Part shown: piece after piece, positions 24,787 to 36,429 of the stretch
Position numbering within the stretch: the stretch's first letter is position 1
How the letters are laid out: every line of letters starts with the position of its first letter
Assembly (NCBI RefSeq): GCF_006345805.1
Contig: NC_042999.1
Span: 148,242,001-148,306,000 of the forward strand
DNA from: Octopus sinensis
Lineage: Eukaryota
Reading direction: 5' to 3'
Length of the DNA stretch: 64,000 nt
The notes under the pieces: model-generated
What the model saw: only the letters and a program-made list of their open reading frames with translations
Told to the model about the DNA's origin: nothing
Databases searched by the model: none
Translations under genes and position numbers: made by a program

Positions 24787-24992
24787 GGCGGCAAGCTAGC
24801 AGAAACGTTAGCATGTCGAACGAAATGCTTAGCAGTATTTTGTCTGTCTTTATGTTCTAAGTTCAATTTCCGCCGAGGTCGACTTTGCCTTTTGGGGTCG
24901 ATAAATTAAGCACCAGTTGCGTACTAGTCGATCTAATCGACTATCCTCATCCCTAAAAATTTCGGGCCTTGTGCCTAGAGTAGAAAAGAATG
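24787..24992 (+). mobile_element. SINE family A monomer
   Basis: Head, B-box and GGCCTTGTGCCTAG..GTAGAAAAG tail. Confidence 0.85.
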
Positions 24993-25434
24993 TTAAACCT
25001 TTTATCATCATGTGTTCAAACGTTTCTTTTTACGTTAAAAATTTAGTAGCTAGATAGAGATTTACCTACAGTTCAAAATATTTATATTTAGTTTAAATAA
25101 AGATGGTCATGGTATTTTTCCTCTTTCTGGAACATGTATAAAAGACTTCTCTTTGAACAGCATCATCGCTATAATCTATTGAAAGAATTATTATCACCAA
25201 AGCACGGAAGCGGATGGAAAAAAGACGGGAAAAATTAAAGTGATACAAGAATGAGGCAACTCTTCAATAAATTTAGAAATAAGTACAAATATCCGTTACA
25301 CGTGAACAAGTATCGCTCGTTAACATGTATCATACTTTCGCTAAACGTTCTAGGTGCATGGCGGTTGATTTCTTTTTCATTTTCATGTTCGATTGCATCT
25401 ACTTCGTGCGTCTATCATGTGTGCAGGTCCCATT

Positions 25435-25595
25435 TTCAACCAATAAGGCTCTAGAAAGTTCCTGCAGCTGCGGTTTTATAAGAGGCCGGTTTTGGCGCGA
25501 TATTTCTGAGAAAGTTTGGTCTTCCCTCGCTTCAGTCATAGACAAATTCCCCTCTCAAGTTGTTCTCACAACTACATACTCAAATCAGCGTGAGT
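25435..25595 (+). promoter_or_regulatory. Candidate Pol II promoter with short non-coding first exon
   Basis: CCAAT 25440-25444, TATAAG 25477, E2F-like TTTTGGCGCG ~25490, Inr-like TCAGTC 25532, donor C|GTGAGT at 25590, in CpG-retaining non-repeat sequence. Motif evidence only. Confidence 0.35.
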
Positions 25596-25778
25596 TTCCT
25601 AATCACTATTTTCACAGCTAATTATCAACTCGGAGATGATGAAAAATCAACGCCGTACGTTTTTGCAGCAATATACCGAGCGGTTTAATCATTAAAATTT
25701 CAACTCCTATAAATAAGATCTTATAATTTAACGCTGTTTGTTTTTCATGAAACCCTGTACAATTGTAACAATAAATGC

Positions 25779-25857
<79 letters not shown>

Positions 25858-26339
25858 TTGTAAAAAATGAAGTTCGAAAATGCTGCTGTATTATACAATT
25901 TTTAATTTTTATATATACATTATAACATGTTTCAGTTCTTGAAATGAACCTTATCAAAAAAAGTTATATATAAAAAAAAGACAGCTCATGCCGTCAAACA
26001 CAAGAAATTCATTTATAATACACAACGGAGTCAGACATCTTAGAGTTCATGTATAGTTGATATATAGTTCATGTATAGTTGATATATAGTTTGAAGTATA
26101 TGTTCAAAGTGTTCGATGCAGTGGCCCACGGTGGCGATACGTATTCAATACAAAAAACAGATGAAAGTGGTGGAAAGCGGTCAATACAGGAGATTGATGT
26201 TTCCGAAAGAGCGAGGAATTCATTTTTACCTTAAGCAATTGTGATGACCCGTGGTGGAAGTTCGCTGGGTGGTTCTGGTGAGTTTTTGTGAAGTGCTCGG
26301 TTTTATAATGCCTGTTAGGTGGTCAATCCAGCGTAGCGT

Positions 26340-26763
26340 GACGTCATCAACGTTTTGACCAATCGTTTCGTTAGGTGGCTTTAATCAAGTAGAACGGGAC
26401 GTCATCATTATTTTGACCAATCGCTGCATTATAACTGCCTCTTGTTTGTTTCCTGTTTTGACCAGTCGCTTCGTAGTCAAGTAGAACGGGACGTCATCAT
26501 TATTTTGACCAATCGCTGCATTATAACTGCCTCTTGTTTGTTTCCTGTTTTGACCAGTCGCTTCGTTAGTCAAGCAGAACGGGACGTCATCCAGATTCTG
26601 CCCAATCACGACTTATAGCTACATTAGATCTGCCCCCTGTCTGTACTTGTTAGGTGACTAGTCAAGCAGAAAAGGACGTCATCAATATTCTGACTAATGA
26701 CTGTCCCCTGTTTGTATCCTGTCCATTCTAGCAGAGCTAGACGTCATCAACTTGTTGACCAAT
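26340..26763 (+). repeat. Tandem array of six CRE-CCAAT modules, core period ~92 bp
   Basis: GACGTCAT at 26340, 26398, 26490, 26583, 26675 and 26740, each followed 11 nt later by CCAAT (CTAAT in one). Confidence 0.9.
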
Positions 26764-27074
26764 CAGAATCGGGTCTGACCCTTAGCTGTATCGTATGTAT
26801 CAGGGTCAGATTTGCACGAAAGAATTTTTTTTTCCTTTTTTACTAAGGCATATTTCCGTCAGAGTGAGTGTCTGTTTGAAGTAGCGGCCGTGGTGGAATT
26901 TAAGTTAGAGGTTATAACAACCGTCTAAGGGATACATGTATCCAATGAATCAACTGATGTGTTACCTATATGTGATTACGAGCATTAGTATTAAAGCTCA
27001 TAAATGACAGGTAATGACAAGAATAAATTGAAGTTTATCTATATTTAAGGAAAACAGAAAATAAGGATAAAATT

Positions 27075-28172
27075 GATGAATGATAATTGATGAACAATTA
27101 TCATTTGTTGATTATAAAATACAAAATCTCATCTGACAGCTGTTTCTGTTGGTGCTATTCTCAGGCTTGACTACCACAATAATAATAATAATAATAATTA
27201 TCATTGTAAGTAATTAATTATACCAATTTGAATAGTGGAACTTCAATAGAGCGGAAACAAAATAAAAAGGTAAGAAAAAGAAAAAGAAAGAGAAAGCGAG
27301 AAGGTGATGATATATCAATTCATGTTACATGCTGTCTCTCTGGGAACCATTCGACCGGCTAAAATTTAGTAATAGATTTGGAATAGTTATAATACTTAGT
27401 AGTACATTCCTATATACAGGAAGAAGGCTACTTCCGGCATGGGTTAAATATACAATAACTACAGGAGTATTTTGGTTAGCTAGTAAAATAAAAACAAAAA
27501 GAAATAGAATTGAAAATACCGGTAGTTACAGAATTAAAATAATAACAGTTAACTATAATTTGTTATTCATCACTGATTTCCTATGTGTTTTACTTGGTAT
27601 TATATGTGATCGACATACCGAAAACAACCCTAGATCAGGAGTAGGAATGGTCTGGACAGTAAGAGGCTACTATTCATTTCATTTTTCATTTCTTCTAGTT
27701 TCAGCTCACGAGCTGTGGCCATGCTGGGGCACCGCCATTTGGTGTTGCTACATAATTTTACTTCACGAATGCTTTTTAGCTATTGACATTTGGTGCATGG
27801 GAGAGTTTGATGCAGTTGCCCTCATCTGCATTTCCTGCCGCGAAGTTGGTTCATCTGGGACACCTGACAGGAAGAGGTCCAGCTTTATTTTGAAGACACC
27901 CGACATCCACCCCATTCAGGTCTCTTAGGTCTTTCGGGAGGATATTGAAGAGCTGTGGGCCTCTGGTCCGTTAATTTCAAAAACAAAAGGACGGACATTA
28001 AAGAACCGTTAATCGATGCAGCGGAAATAGGTAAACAATGAATATTTTGTCGTAAGGGATAGAAAGTCGCTTATATCCATGCGGAATAGCACCAACAGAA
28101 ACAGCTGTCAGATGAGATTTTGTCTTTTTATAATCAATAAATGATAATTGATATTCATCAATTATCATTCAT
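27075..28172. mobile_element. ~1.1-kb segment bounded by ~88-bp inverted repeats (PLE-terminus-like)
   Basis: 27075-27160 is the reverse complement of 28085-28172; the arm contains GAAACAGCTGTC and a poly(A)-signal-like end. Confidence 0.65.
27690..27960 (-). mobile_element. 3' fragment of CR1 LINE related to 40343-43670
   Basis: Clear similarity to 43370-43650. Confidence 0.85.
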
Positions 28173-28234
28173 CTGCTTTCCATTTTCTGCTTTCTTTACA
28201 CACACACACACATACATACATACATACATATATA

Positions 28235-28270
<36 letters not shown>

Positions 28271-28344
28271 TGTATGTATGTATGTATGTATGCATGCATA
28301 TATATATATATATATATATTGCCACCAAGTTTTATCATGCATCA

Positions 28345-28570
28345 CGCTACAGGTGTCTGTAGTTATGAGCAGACAGAGACCGTCTTGACTCTCTCACCCT
28401 TGACCGAACAAATCATCCAGGTTGTGTTCGCTGAAGGATAACAGGTTGCACAGGCAAGCAGCTGGAACTAATTTGCAACTAACTGAACTGAAACAACGTG
28501 AAGGGGTCCAAGAACTGAACCGGCAACCTTAATATCAGGATCTAAATATCCTAACTGCTAGTCCACGTGC
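28345..28570 (-). mobile_element. Degenerate tRNA-headed SINE
   Basis: Minus strand begins GCACGTGGACTAGCAGTTAGG...GGTTCAGTTCTTGG. Confidence 0.45.
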
Positions 28571-29039
28571 GTTCATAAATATGGGAATAAGTTTAAAATA
28601 TAATAATGAATGTGATTTTTTTCTTAAATACACTCAACGCTGGATTAACCATTAAGCAAAATAAGTACGTGCTTATGGCACCAAGTGAACGGGGGCACCA
28701 CAAAAATGGTAAATGGCTTACGGCACAAAAGAAATCACTTTAAACTTGCTAAAATAATATTCGAAGTCGTTTATGTGATCGGAAATATAATTTCGAAGAG
28801 GTCAGGATGTCATAGAGACTTCATATAAAATTGACCAATCATAAACAAGGTAGGCGTAGTTTATGATCTATTCCCGTGCTACCAGTTTTATGAGTTGGTG
28901 AATGGCGTTTGCGTGCGGCATTTACTTCTCGGCAAATTTTCAGTGATAACACAACATAATTTATAAATTGAAAATGCCGGATTGTGATTTAGATAATTCT
29001 CAACCTGACTGCATCATGATTATATACAATTGAGAGAGG

Positions 29040-30720
29040 ATACTGTTCCAACACTAACAGTAAAACATAAAAAATTGATGCAGAAACCTTCGCTAATGCA
29101 GTAGGTAAACTGCAGAATAGGAAGACACGTGGAAGACACCTAGAAAAAACCTGATATACCAAATTGGCTTGCTACAGCAAGGACAAATCTTGTTGCCAAA
29201 ATTGAAATCACCGAGATGGCAGGAAACTACAGGCTAGAAATATCAATGTTACTCATAATTTCTTTGTAGACGACCTGAAGATTTATGCTAAAAGTGTTCA
29301 CAATGCCAAAAAAACCTGGAGTAAATAACAACATTTTCAGCTGATATAGGCACCAGACTTAGGAAAATATGGCAGTCTGAACTCTCCTCTTACAACAAAA
29401 CAATATCCCATAATGCATTTGCAGTACCAGTGCCGAATCCCAACATTTGGGATACTTGATTGGTCTGTAGAGGAAATCCACTCCATAGATACCAAGACCC
29501 GCAAAATCCTGACAACAACTGGGAACATCCACAGAAACAGTGTTGACAGGTTCTACCTAAGAAGAAATGAAGGTGGTAGAGGGCTGAGATCAGTGCAGAC
29601 AGCCTTTGAATGCCGTATGGTATCACTCAGGCAGCACCTGCTAAACAACAGCAGCAAAAATAAATATATAAATGCAGTGCTGAAAAGTGAAGTGAGCAAC
29701 ATTGTTCGAGTTGGCAGTGAGCTCCTCACGAAGCACTCTCTTCCTGATGATCTTTAATACAGGCCCAAAACAGTTGGGCTCTCTTACCTCAAAGAAGACC
29801 AGGATGGAAAACACTTAGCATGCAAAAATACACTATGCATGGGTATGTTGCCCGGAAGCTTGAGGAAGACAGTAGAATTGACACGAAGCGCAGCCTCCCT
29901 TGGACACAAGACCACTACATCACATCACACTTTGAGAGTTATGTGTTTGCAATCCAGGAACAGGAGATTGCCTCAAAGTACCTGATGAACACGAGAGACA
30001 GTGACACTCTTGTAATCCCAAGGTGCAGCTGCATGTGTAGGCTATGTCATGTTTCTGTGGAAGACATCACGCATGTGATTAGCAGCTGTCCTAAAATGTT
30101 GTCACGGTACTACCTCCCTATGCGGCACAGTGTTGTTGCTAAAACAATTTACAATGCCATCTGCAAAAAAGTCTGTCCTGAAATAAACTTAGAAAATACC
30201 TCTGTGTGAAATACATTCATAAACACCAACTCAAGGAATACTGGTGGAATATTCCCATCAAAACTTCTATCAAAATGTGAACATAACGGGCTGGATATTG
30301 ATGTTTGGGACAGACGGGCAAAGGTATGTACCGTCATAGAGGTCAGCTGCCCTGCAGATATAAATATCTCTCTGAAAATTATAAATAAAAAAAGTGAGAA
30401 CATCTATGGACAACTGCTTTGAAACCTCCAGCTTCTATATCCAGACTATGAATTCATATTCATACCAATAATAATTGGAGCATTAGGTTTGTTAGTAAAT
30501 GCTTAAAGGAGAATCTGGATAAACTGGGATTTTCAGAAAGAGAAATCGACCGGCTAATTTGTACGTTACAAGTGCAGTCTGTGAGTGGAACGGTAAAAAT
30601 ATGCAGGACTTTTCTCAATTTCCAAATGTGAATTTATCTATGTAAACTACATCCCAAAGATGGAGCCTTGTATCTTTGTTAGAAACCGGCTCCCTCCTCG
30701 GTGGAAGATTTACAATAATT
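29040..30720 (+). mobile_element. Degenerate RLE-type (R4/Dong-like) LINE, fourth family
   Basis: FVDDLKIY, PTFGILDW...DTKTRK, GGRGL, CRLCHVSVEDITHVISSC and DI.VWD...CTVIEVSCP.D in ORFs 29413-29757 and 29820-30209 and downstream. Confidence 0.8.
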
Positions 30721-30788
30721 AAAAAATAGAAGAGACATACATACATACTATTTTTTTCTCTCTCCGTGTATATATATGGTAAAATTTG

Positions 30789-30886
30789 CCAAAAGTGCTC
30801 ATCTTTGCCGTTACCGATTTCGGAATCTGTCTTTCATAACCTAACCTAGCCTATTTTGAAGGCAGAGTCCAAAACGAGCACTTTTG
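30789..30886. mobile_element. Short MITE-like element with 12-bp inverted repeats around AACCTAACCT
   Basis: CCAAAAGTGCTC ... GAGCACTTTTGG. Confidence 0.45.
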
Positions 30887-31013
30887 GTAATGAATGGTTA
30901 GGCAATTTAGCCATGAGGATGGGTTATAAGTTCAAATAATGTTATATATAATAATTATTCATTATATTGCTCAACACTTTATAAATATTTTTCCATTTTA
31001 AGAGCGCTTTCTA

Positions 31014-31253
31014 GGTACTACTTAAGTACAGAGGTCCCAACGCATCTACGTAACAATATAAAGGGGAGGTAATCTAGTTTTACCAAAACTACTATGACTT
31101 CACATATCCCTAACCCTAAAACTTAACCCTAAAACTAACCTTAATCCTAAAAAGTAACCCTGAAACTTTAACAGTAGTTTTGGTAAAACTAGATTATCTC
31201 TCCTTCATATCGTTAGGTAAATGCATCGGGAATCGCTGTATTTAAGTAGTGCC
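31014..31253. mobile_element. MITE with ~80-bp inverted repeats and a (CCCTAA)-like core
   Basis: GGTACTACTTAAGTACAG...TTTTACCAAAACTACT is mirrored by AGTAGTTTTGGTAAAA...CTGTATTTAAGTAGTGCC. Confidence 0.8.
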
Positions 31254-31545
31254 ATTTTCTATTGACACAAAAAAACTAATAGAATAGTAATTAGAGGGGT
31301 TAGTTATATGCATTAACCTTGGGAGTACAACAAAATCAGAATCTGCAAATTGGCTTATGGCCCACAAAGGTTCGCGTTATCGTTCTTATCTTAGTCATGT
31401 CAGTTGTCCTGTTCGGTTATCTACTGAGAAGTGCCAAGCCGCTCAATCGTTTACTCAGGATCCGGCGTGCCAACAACACGCGTGGTAACATTGTAACTGT
31501 GTAAGTTATTTGATTCCTGCTTTTTGTCGTTTTTCGTTTTTGCAC

Positions 31546-31632
<87 letters not shown>

Positions 31633-32001
31633 GCTTTCTATCTCTCCTTTCAAGTTTCATAACACTGACAACAAATAATGTAATTAATGTTTCATAATTT
31701 CATGGATTGGTAGTGCTTATGAAATGTAAGAATCGTGAAAATGGCCAAACGGTGTATAGTGCTACTTTTGGCAATGCTTGTATTTGATTTTGATTTTTCA
31801 GTTGCTAGTGGACTGGTAGTAATAACTGAGTTCGTATTTCATTCCGTCAATTTACATAATGCATTTTGTTTTTCCAAATTTAATCAATAAAATAATCTTC
31901 ACCCTCGAAAAAGTATCTCTAGAATATTTCATTAAAAAATATTCATTTAACAAAGTCCTGTCCGTGGTGGTGTTTGATCATAAGACAAAAACATTTACAT
32001 C

Positions 32002-32961
32002 TGTAGAACGACCGTGCGAAGGAGAGATGACGATAATGGCTCCTTTAGTACACCACACGGTCGATTACAATGTATGCGAAAAAGATAAATGAGTACAAGT
32101 GCCAGAAGGAAAAGAGAGACACAACCAGTACACTGTTTAAGAGAAAGATATTATTGATAGGTAAACATGTGTTTCTGTGTGTGCGTCATATATGCATAAT
32201 AATAGACAGGCCGTCATGTATACATAATGTGTATGTAGAAACATGGATATATGCGTGTGAGATAAGTACAGAGCATTGAGAGATCTATAATATGACGTTA
32301 GAAGAATGTTCAGACACAAGGATGATAAAAACCGGTTCGTAGTCCAGGTACACGATAGTTGTAATGCTGTAACAAGAAGTTGATGCAGCAATGCACAACC
32401 GATTGAGGCACATGTCGTGCGGGAAGCTGAGGCTACTATGCAGAGGCGGTTGAGTTGTTACAGGTTGTACTTGCTGTTAACCATGGTGAAGTAATTCACA
32501 AACAGTGTTGAGATAGAACCTGTACGTGGGTTGCTGGTTGCTGTGTACGTAGAGAGCTGAAGTTGATGTTAGGACGAATGCTGGCGAGAGAGATAGAGGT
32601 CCTGAATGCTGCTGGACGAAATTGAGTCTCCATGCGACTGCTGGTGTGCTGTCGCTGGAACTGGCTGTGATCTCTGTGGTCAGTGGCTAGACCTTAAGAG
32701 GTTTGGAACCGAAAGACGAAAGACGGTGTTGAAGCTAGCATTTTATAGTGAACAGTTAGCGCAAAATAAGGTTTAGAAAAGACTGTCTCACGTGAACTTA
32801 TCAGAAAGCTGCGATTGGTTGGGTTGCATATTGGCGCGCAATAGAGCAAGAGACAAGCTGCGCCAATACTAACCAATCGGAGTAGTGGACACAACAGGGT
32901 CCAAAAGAGCGGCCAAAGACTAGCTGTTATCTACTACGTCTGTACTCATGTAGATATAACA
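32002..32961 (-). mobile_element. LTR-like segment (U3-type CCAAT cluster and TATA, TG...CA ends)
   Basis: Four CCAAT/ATTGG boxes at 32810-32880, TATAAAA on the minus strand at 32741-32747; no TSD, PBS or PPT found. Confidence 0.4.
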
Positions 32962-33100
32962 GAGAGAGAGTCCGCTACACATCTTTAGCGGGTTTATAGC
33001 CCACTAATTTAATATAACGATCGGTCATCCTTTGATAGCTGTATGAATTAATCCAGTGAGGAACAACAACTCGTATGAGTTTTCGAAGACTTCATGTACA

Positions 33101-33397
33101 TGTAGTATCTAATCCGATCCGGAATGAGAGCATTTTACACAGCTTGTATATTAACATTCAACAAAACAGAATGGAAGCTGAATAAGAAACGGTTTTTGTC
33201 TTGCCGCCTTCCATGAATGGTATAGAGGATTTAACAAAATTCAAATCAACGTTGGGATATCTCGTAGCAGGAACAGAGATGTAGAAGACGTAGTTAGCTG
33301 CAGGCCACGTTGGAGAGGAGAAGATGATGTTACTTGACTGTGCGCGTCTTTTTTATATCTATCTAACGAGCGCCACCTAGTTGTTAACGATGTGACA
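33101..33397 (-). mobile_element. Second short LTR-like segment
   Basis: Minus strand TGTCACATCG...TAGGTGGCGCT...GATATAAAAAAG...TACTACA; no TSD. Confidence 0.35.
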
Positions 33398-33516
33398 GGG
33401 GCGATAACTCTAGATGACTCTCATTAAAACATGACGACACTGGATTCAAATAAGGTTGCTTACACCTCTCTTAATAATTTCTCTCAAATATTTATAACTT
33501 GGTAAAAATCTTGAAA

Positions 33517-33902
33517 TCTTTATATATAAAAGTAAGGTTGTGTGGCTGTCTACTCCGATTTAGATTCCTAACTACTCCCACATTTTGCTGTGCAGTTTAA
33601 CCAAAACCGGGTATCTTATAGTCGTGATTCATATCGAGCCCTTCTGGGTATTATCGCGCGTCTACGATGAGTCTACGATTTAAAAAATAATTTACCATCA
33701 TTTTTTCCATTTTAACGCATATTTTTTTTAATATTAGGGAAGTAACTCTCTAAAAATGTCTACGATGAGTCAACGATTTTAAAAAAAATTTACCATATTT
33801 TTTTTCCATTTTAATGCATTTTTTACTATTTTTAGTAACTCTCTAAAATGCTTTATAGTTATTTCCCTTACAAACCCGAGCAACGCCGAGCGATACTGCT
33901 AG
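33517..33902 (+). mobile_element. Non-autonomous Helitron
   Basis: A|TC 5' end, subterminal CCCGAGCAACGCCGAG hairpin-type motif, CTAG|T 3' end, two ~105-bp internal repeats. Confidence 0.75.
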
Positions 33903-34051
33903 TAAAATATATTTAAATGTTGTCGGAACAGACATACATATCTCTTTATTCATAAATTTCTCACTGGGAAACTGACAAATTAAAATAATTAAATTATTTC
34001 TTAACTTTCAGAAATGTTAACCACATCATTTTGTTTGTTTAGCCTGCTTCA

Positions 34052-34084
<33 letters not shown>

Positions 34085-34212
34085 TCTTCTTTTTCTTCTT
34101 CTTCTTCTTGTTCGTCTCCTCCTCCTCCTCCTTCTTCTTCTTCTTCTTCTTCTTCTTCTTCTTCTTCTTCTTCTTCTTCTTCTTCTTCTTCTTCTTCTTC
34201 TTCTTCTTCTTT

Positions 34213-34810
34213 CCGTCTAGGTCACCATTGACTGATCTTGTTCAATTATCATCTCTGGCAGATTCGCATGTGGGTTACAAGGCCTGCTCTTGATCTGCAG
34301 CAGCGATGTCGTGTACTACAGATGAAGCTACTTGATGCAACGAAGAAATGTCGTCTCACTTGAGCCCTTTCGTATTCTCTCTGTTGTTTCTCCTCAATGG
34401 CTGGAGTTACTAACGTCAGAGATTGGTGCCACTCATCGCACTGCAGAGCCTTCTCCTCCAAGGTATCTGGAGAATATAACAGAGTTTTTCGTGTCTCTTC
34501 AGTACATCCCTGTATCGCACTCTCTGGCAACCACGGCTCCGCCTGCCTTGACGCAGTTCAGCATAGAAAACTGTCTTTGGGAGCCTGCTGCCCTCCTTCA
34601 TGCAAACATTTACGAAAAGTAAAGAAAAATACGATTGCAACCCAATTTCATCCAGCAACAATAAACCATAGACATTACACGAGACATCTCAAGCTTCAAC
34701 CGATCGTGTCGTCCCAACCAGTAGATGACAAATCGAACCCTATTCCACTCTTCTTAATAACATTTGATTACTTTCTTATTCATGCGCATCACGTTTTCAT
34801 ACCATTCTAG
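34213..34810 (-). mobile_element. 3' end of an RTE LINE with a (GAA)n tail (34085-34212)
   Basis: SRLPKTVFYAELRQGRRSRGCQRVRYRDVLK and terminal C..C.SRAGLVTHMRIC in ORFs 34416-34661 and 34249-34530. Confidence 0.8.
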
Positions 34811-35015
34811 ATTCCGGTATCCTTTATATCCTTTTATCGCATTAGAATGTCCATCAATTGTTAACAAGCCACCTGACCGCTTTCAATACCCAATAAGCCG
34901 CACAAAGTAAAAATATTTTTGTATCTAAAATAAAGTTTTAATTACTTTTTATTAGCTGGTTAAATATTCGGTCCATAAGAAAATGTGTAGAATAGAACAT
35001 CTGATATTTTCTAAT

Positions 35016-35220
35016 TTTAAGGCGACGAGCAGGCAGAATCGTTTACACGCCGAACAAAATGTATAGCAGCATTTCTCTCTTTACATTCTGAGTTCAATTT
35101 CTGCCGTGATCGACTTTGCCTTTCATCCCTTTCGGAGTGGATAAAATAAGCACTGGGGTCAATGTAACCGATTTAACTCCTCCTCCCGAAATTGTTGGCC
35201 TTGTGCCAAATTTTTACACC
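35016..35220 (+). mobile_element. SINE family A monomer with 13-bp TSD
   Basis: GATATTTTCTAAT at 35003-35015 and 35221-35233. Confidence 0.9.
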
Positions 35221-35280
35221 GATATTTTCTAATATCAGTTTTACGTATATCACAATTAAGTCAATAATTGGAAACCATTT

Positions 35281-36429
35281 AAAGGCGGCGAGCAGGCAGA
35301 AACGTTAGCACACCGGACGAAGTGCTTAGCGGTATTTCATCTGCCGTTACGTTCTGAGTTCAAATTCTGCCGAGGTCGACTTTGCCTTTCATCCTTTCGG
35401 GGTCGATAAATTAAGTACCAGTTACGCACTGGGGTCGATGTAATCGACTTAATCCGTTTGTCTGTCCTTGTTTGTCCTCTCTGTGTTTAGCCCCTTGTGG
35501 GTAGTAAAGAAATAGGTATTTCATCTGCCGTTACGTTCTGAGCTCAAATTCTGCCGAGGTCGACTTTGCCTTTCATCCTTTCGGGGTCGATAAATTAAGT
35601 ACCAGTTACGCACTGGGGTCGATGTAATCGACTTAATCCGTTTGTCTGTCCTTGTTTGTCCTCTCTGTGTTTAGCCCCTTGTGGGTAGTAAAGAAATTGG
35701 TATTTCATCTGCCGTTACGTTCTGAGCTCAAATTCTGCCGAGGTCGACTTTGCCTTTCATCCTTTCGGGGTCGATAAATTAAGTACCAGTTACGCACTGG
35801 GGTCGATGTAATCGACTTAATCCGTTTGTCTGTCATTGTTTGTCCTCTCTGTGTTTAGCCCCTTGTGGGTAGTAAAGAAATAGAAATAGGTATTTCGTCT
35901 GCCGCTACGTTCTGAGTTCAAATTCTGCCGAGGTCGACTTTGCCTTTCATCCTTTCGGGGTCGATAAATTAAGTACCAGTTACGCACTGGGGTCGATGTA
36001 ATCGACTTAATCCGTTTGTCTGTCCTTGTTTGTCCTCTCTGTGTTTAGCCCCTTGTGGGTAGTAAAGAAATAGAAATAGGTATTTCGTCTGCCGCTACGT
36101 TCTGAGTTCAAATTCTGCCGAGGTCGACTTTGCGTTTCATCCTTTCGGGGTCGATGAATTAAGTACCAGTTACGCACTGGTGTCGATATAATCGACTTAA
36201 TCCGTCTGTCTGTCCTTGTTTGTCTCCTCTGTGTTTAGCCCCTTGTGGGTAGTAAAGAAATAGGTATTTCGTCTGTTTTTACATTCTGAGTTCAAATTCC
36301 GCCGAAGTCGACTTTGCCTTTCATCCTTTCGGGGTCGATAAATTAAGTACCAGTTGCGTACTGAGGTTGATCTAATCGACTGGCCCCGCCTCCCCTAAAA
36401 TTTTGGGCCTTGTGCCTAGCGTAGAAAAG
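35281..36429 (+). repeat. SINE family A expanded to six tandem body units (184-190 bp)
   Basis: One head; units start at 35331, 35515, 35699, 35889, 36079 and 36263; one tail; 18-bp TSD with two mismatches. Confidence 0.95.

Noticed and set aside
31319-31504. 61-aa ORF with a transmembrane-like stretch (type II anchor)
   Set aside because: Starts at TTG with an upstream in-frame stop; the hydrophobic stretch doubles as the pyrimidine tract of the alternative exon model.
35331-36429. CRISPR-like or tRNA-cluster appearance of regular repeats
   Set aside because: Whole units are near-identical with no unique spacers, there are no cas genes, and there is only one tRNA-like head.
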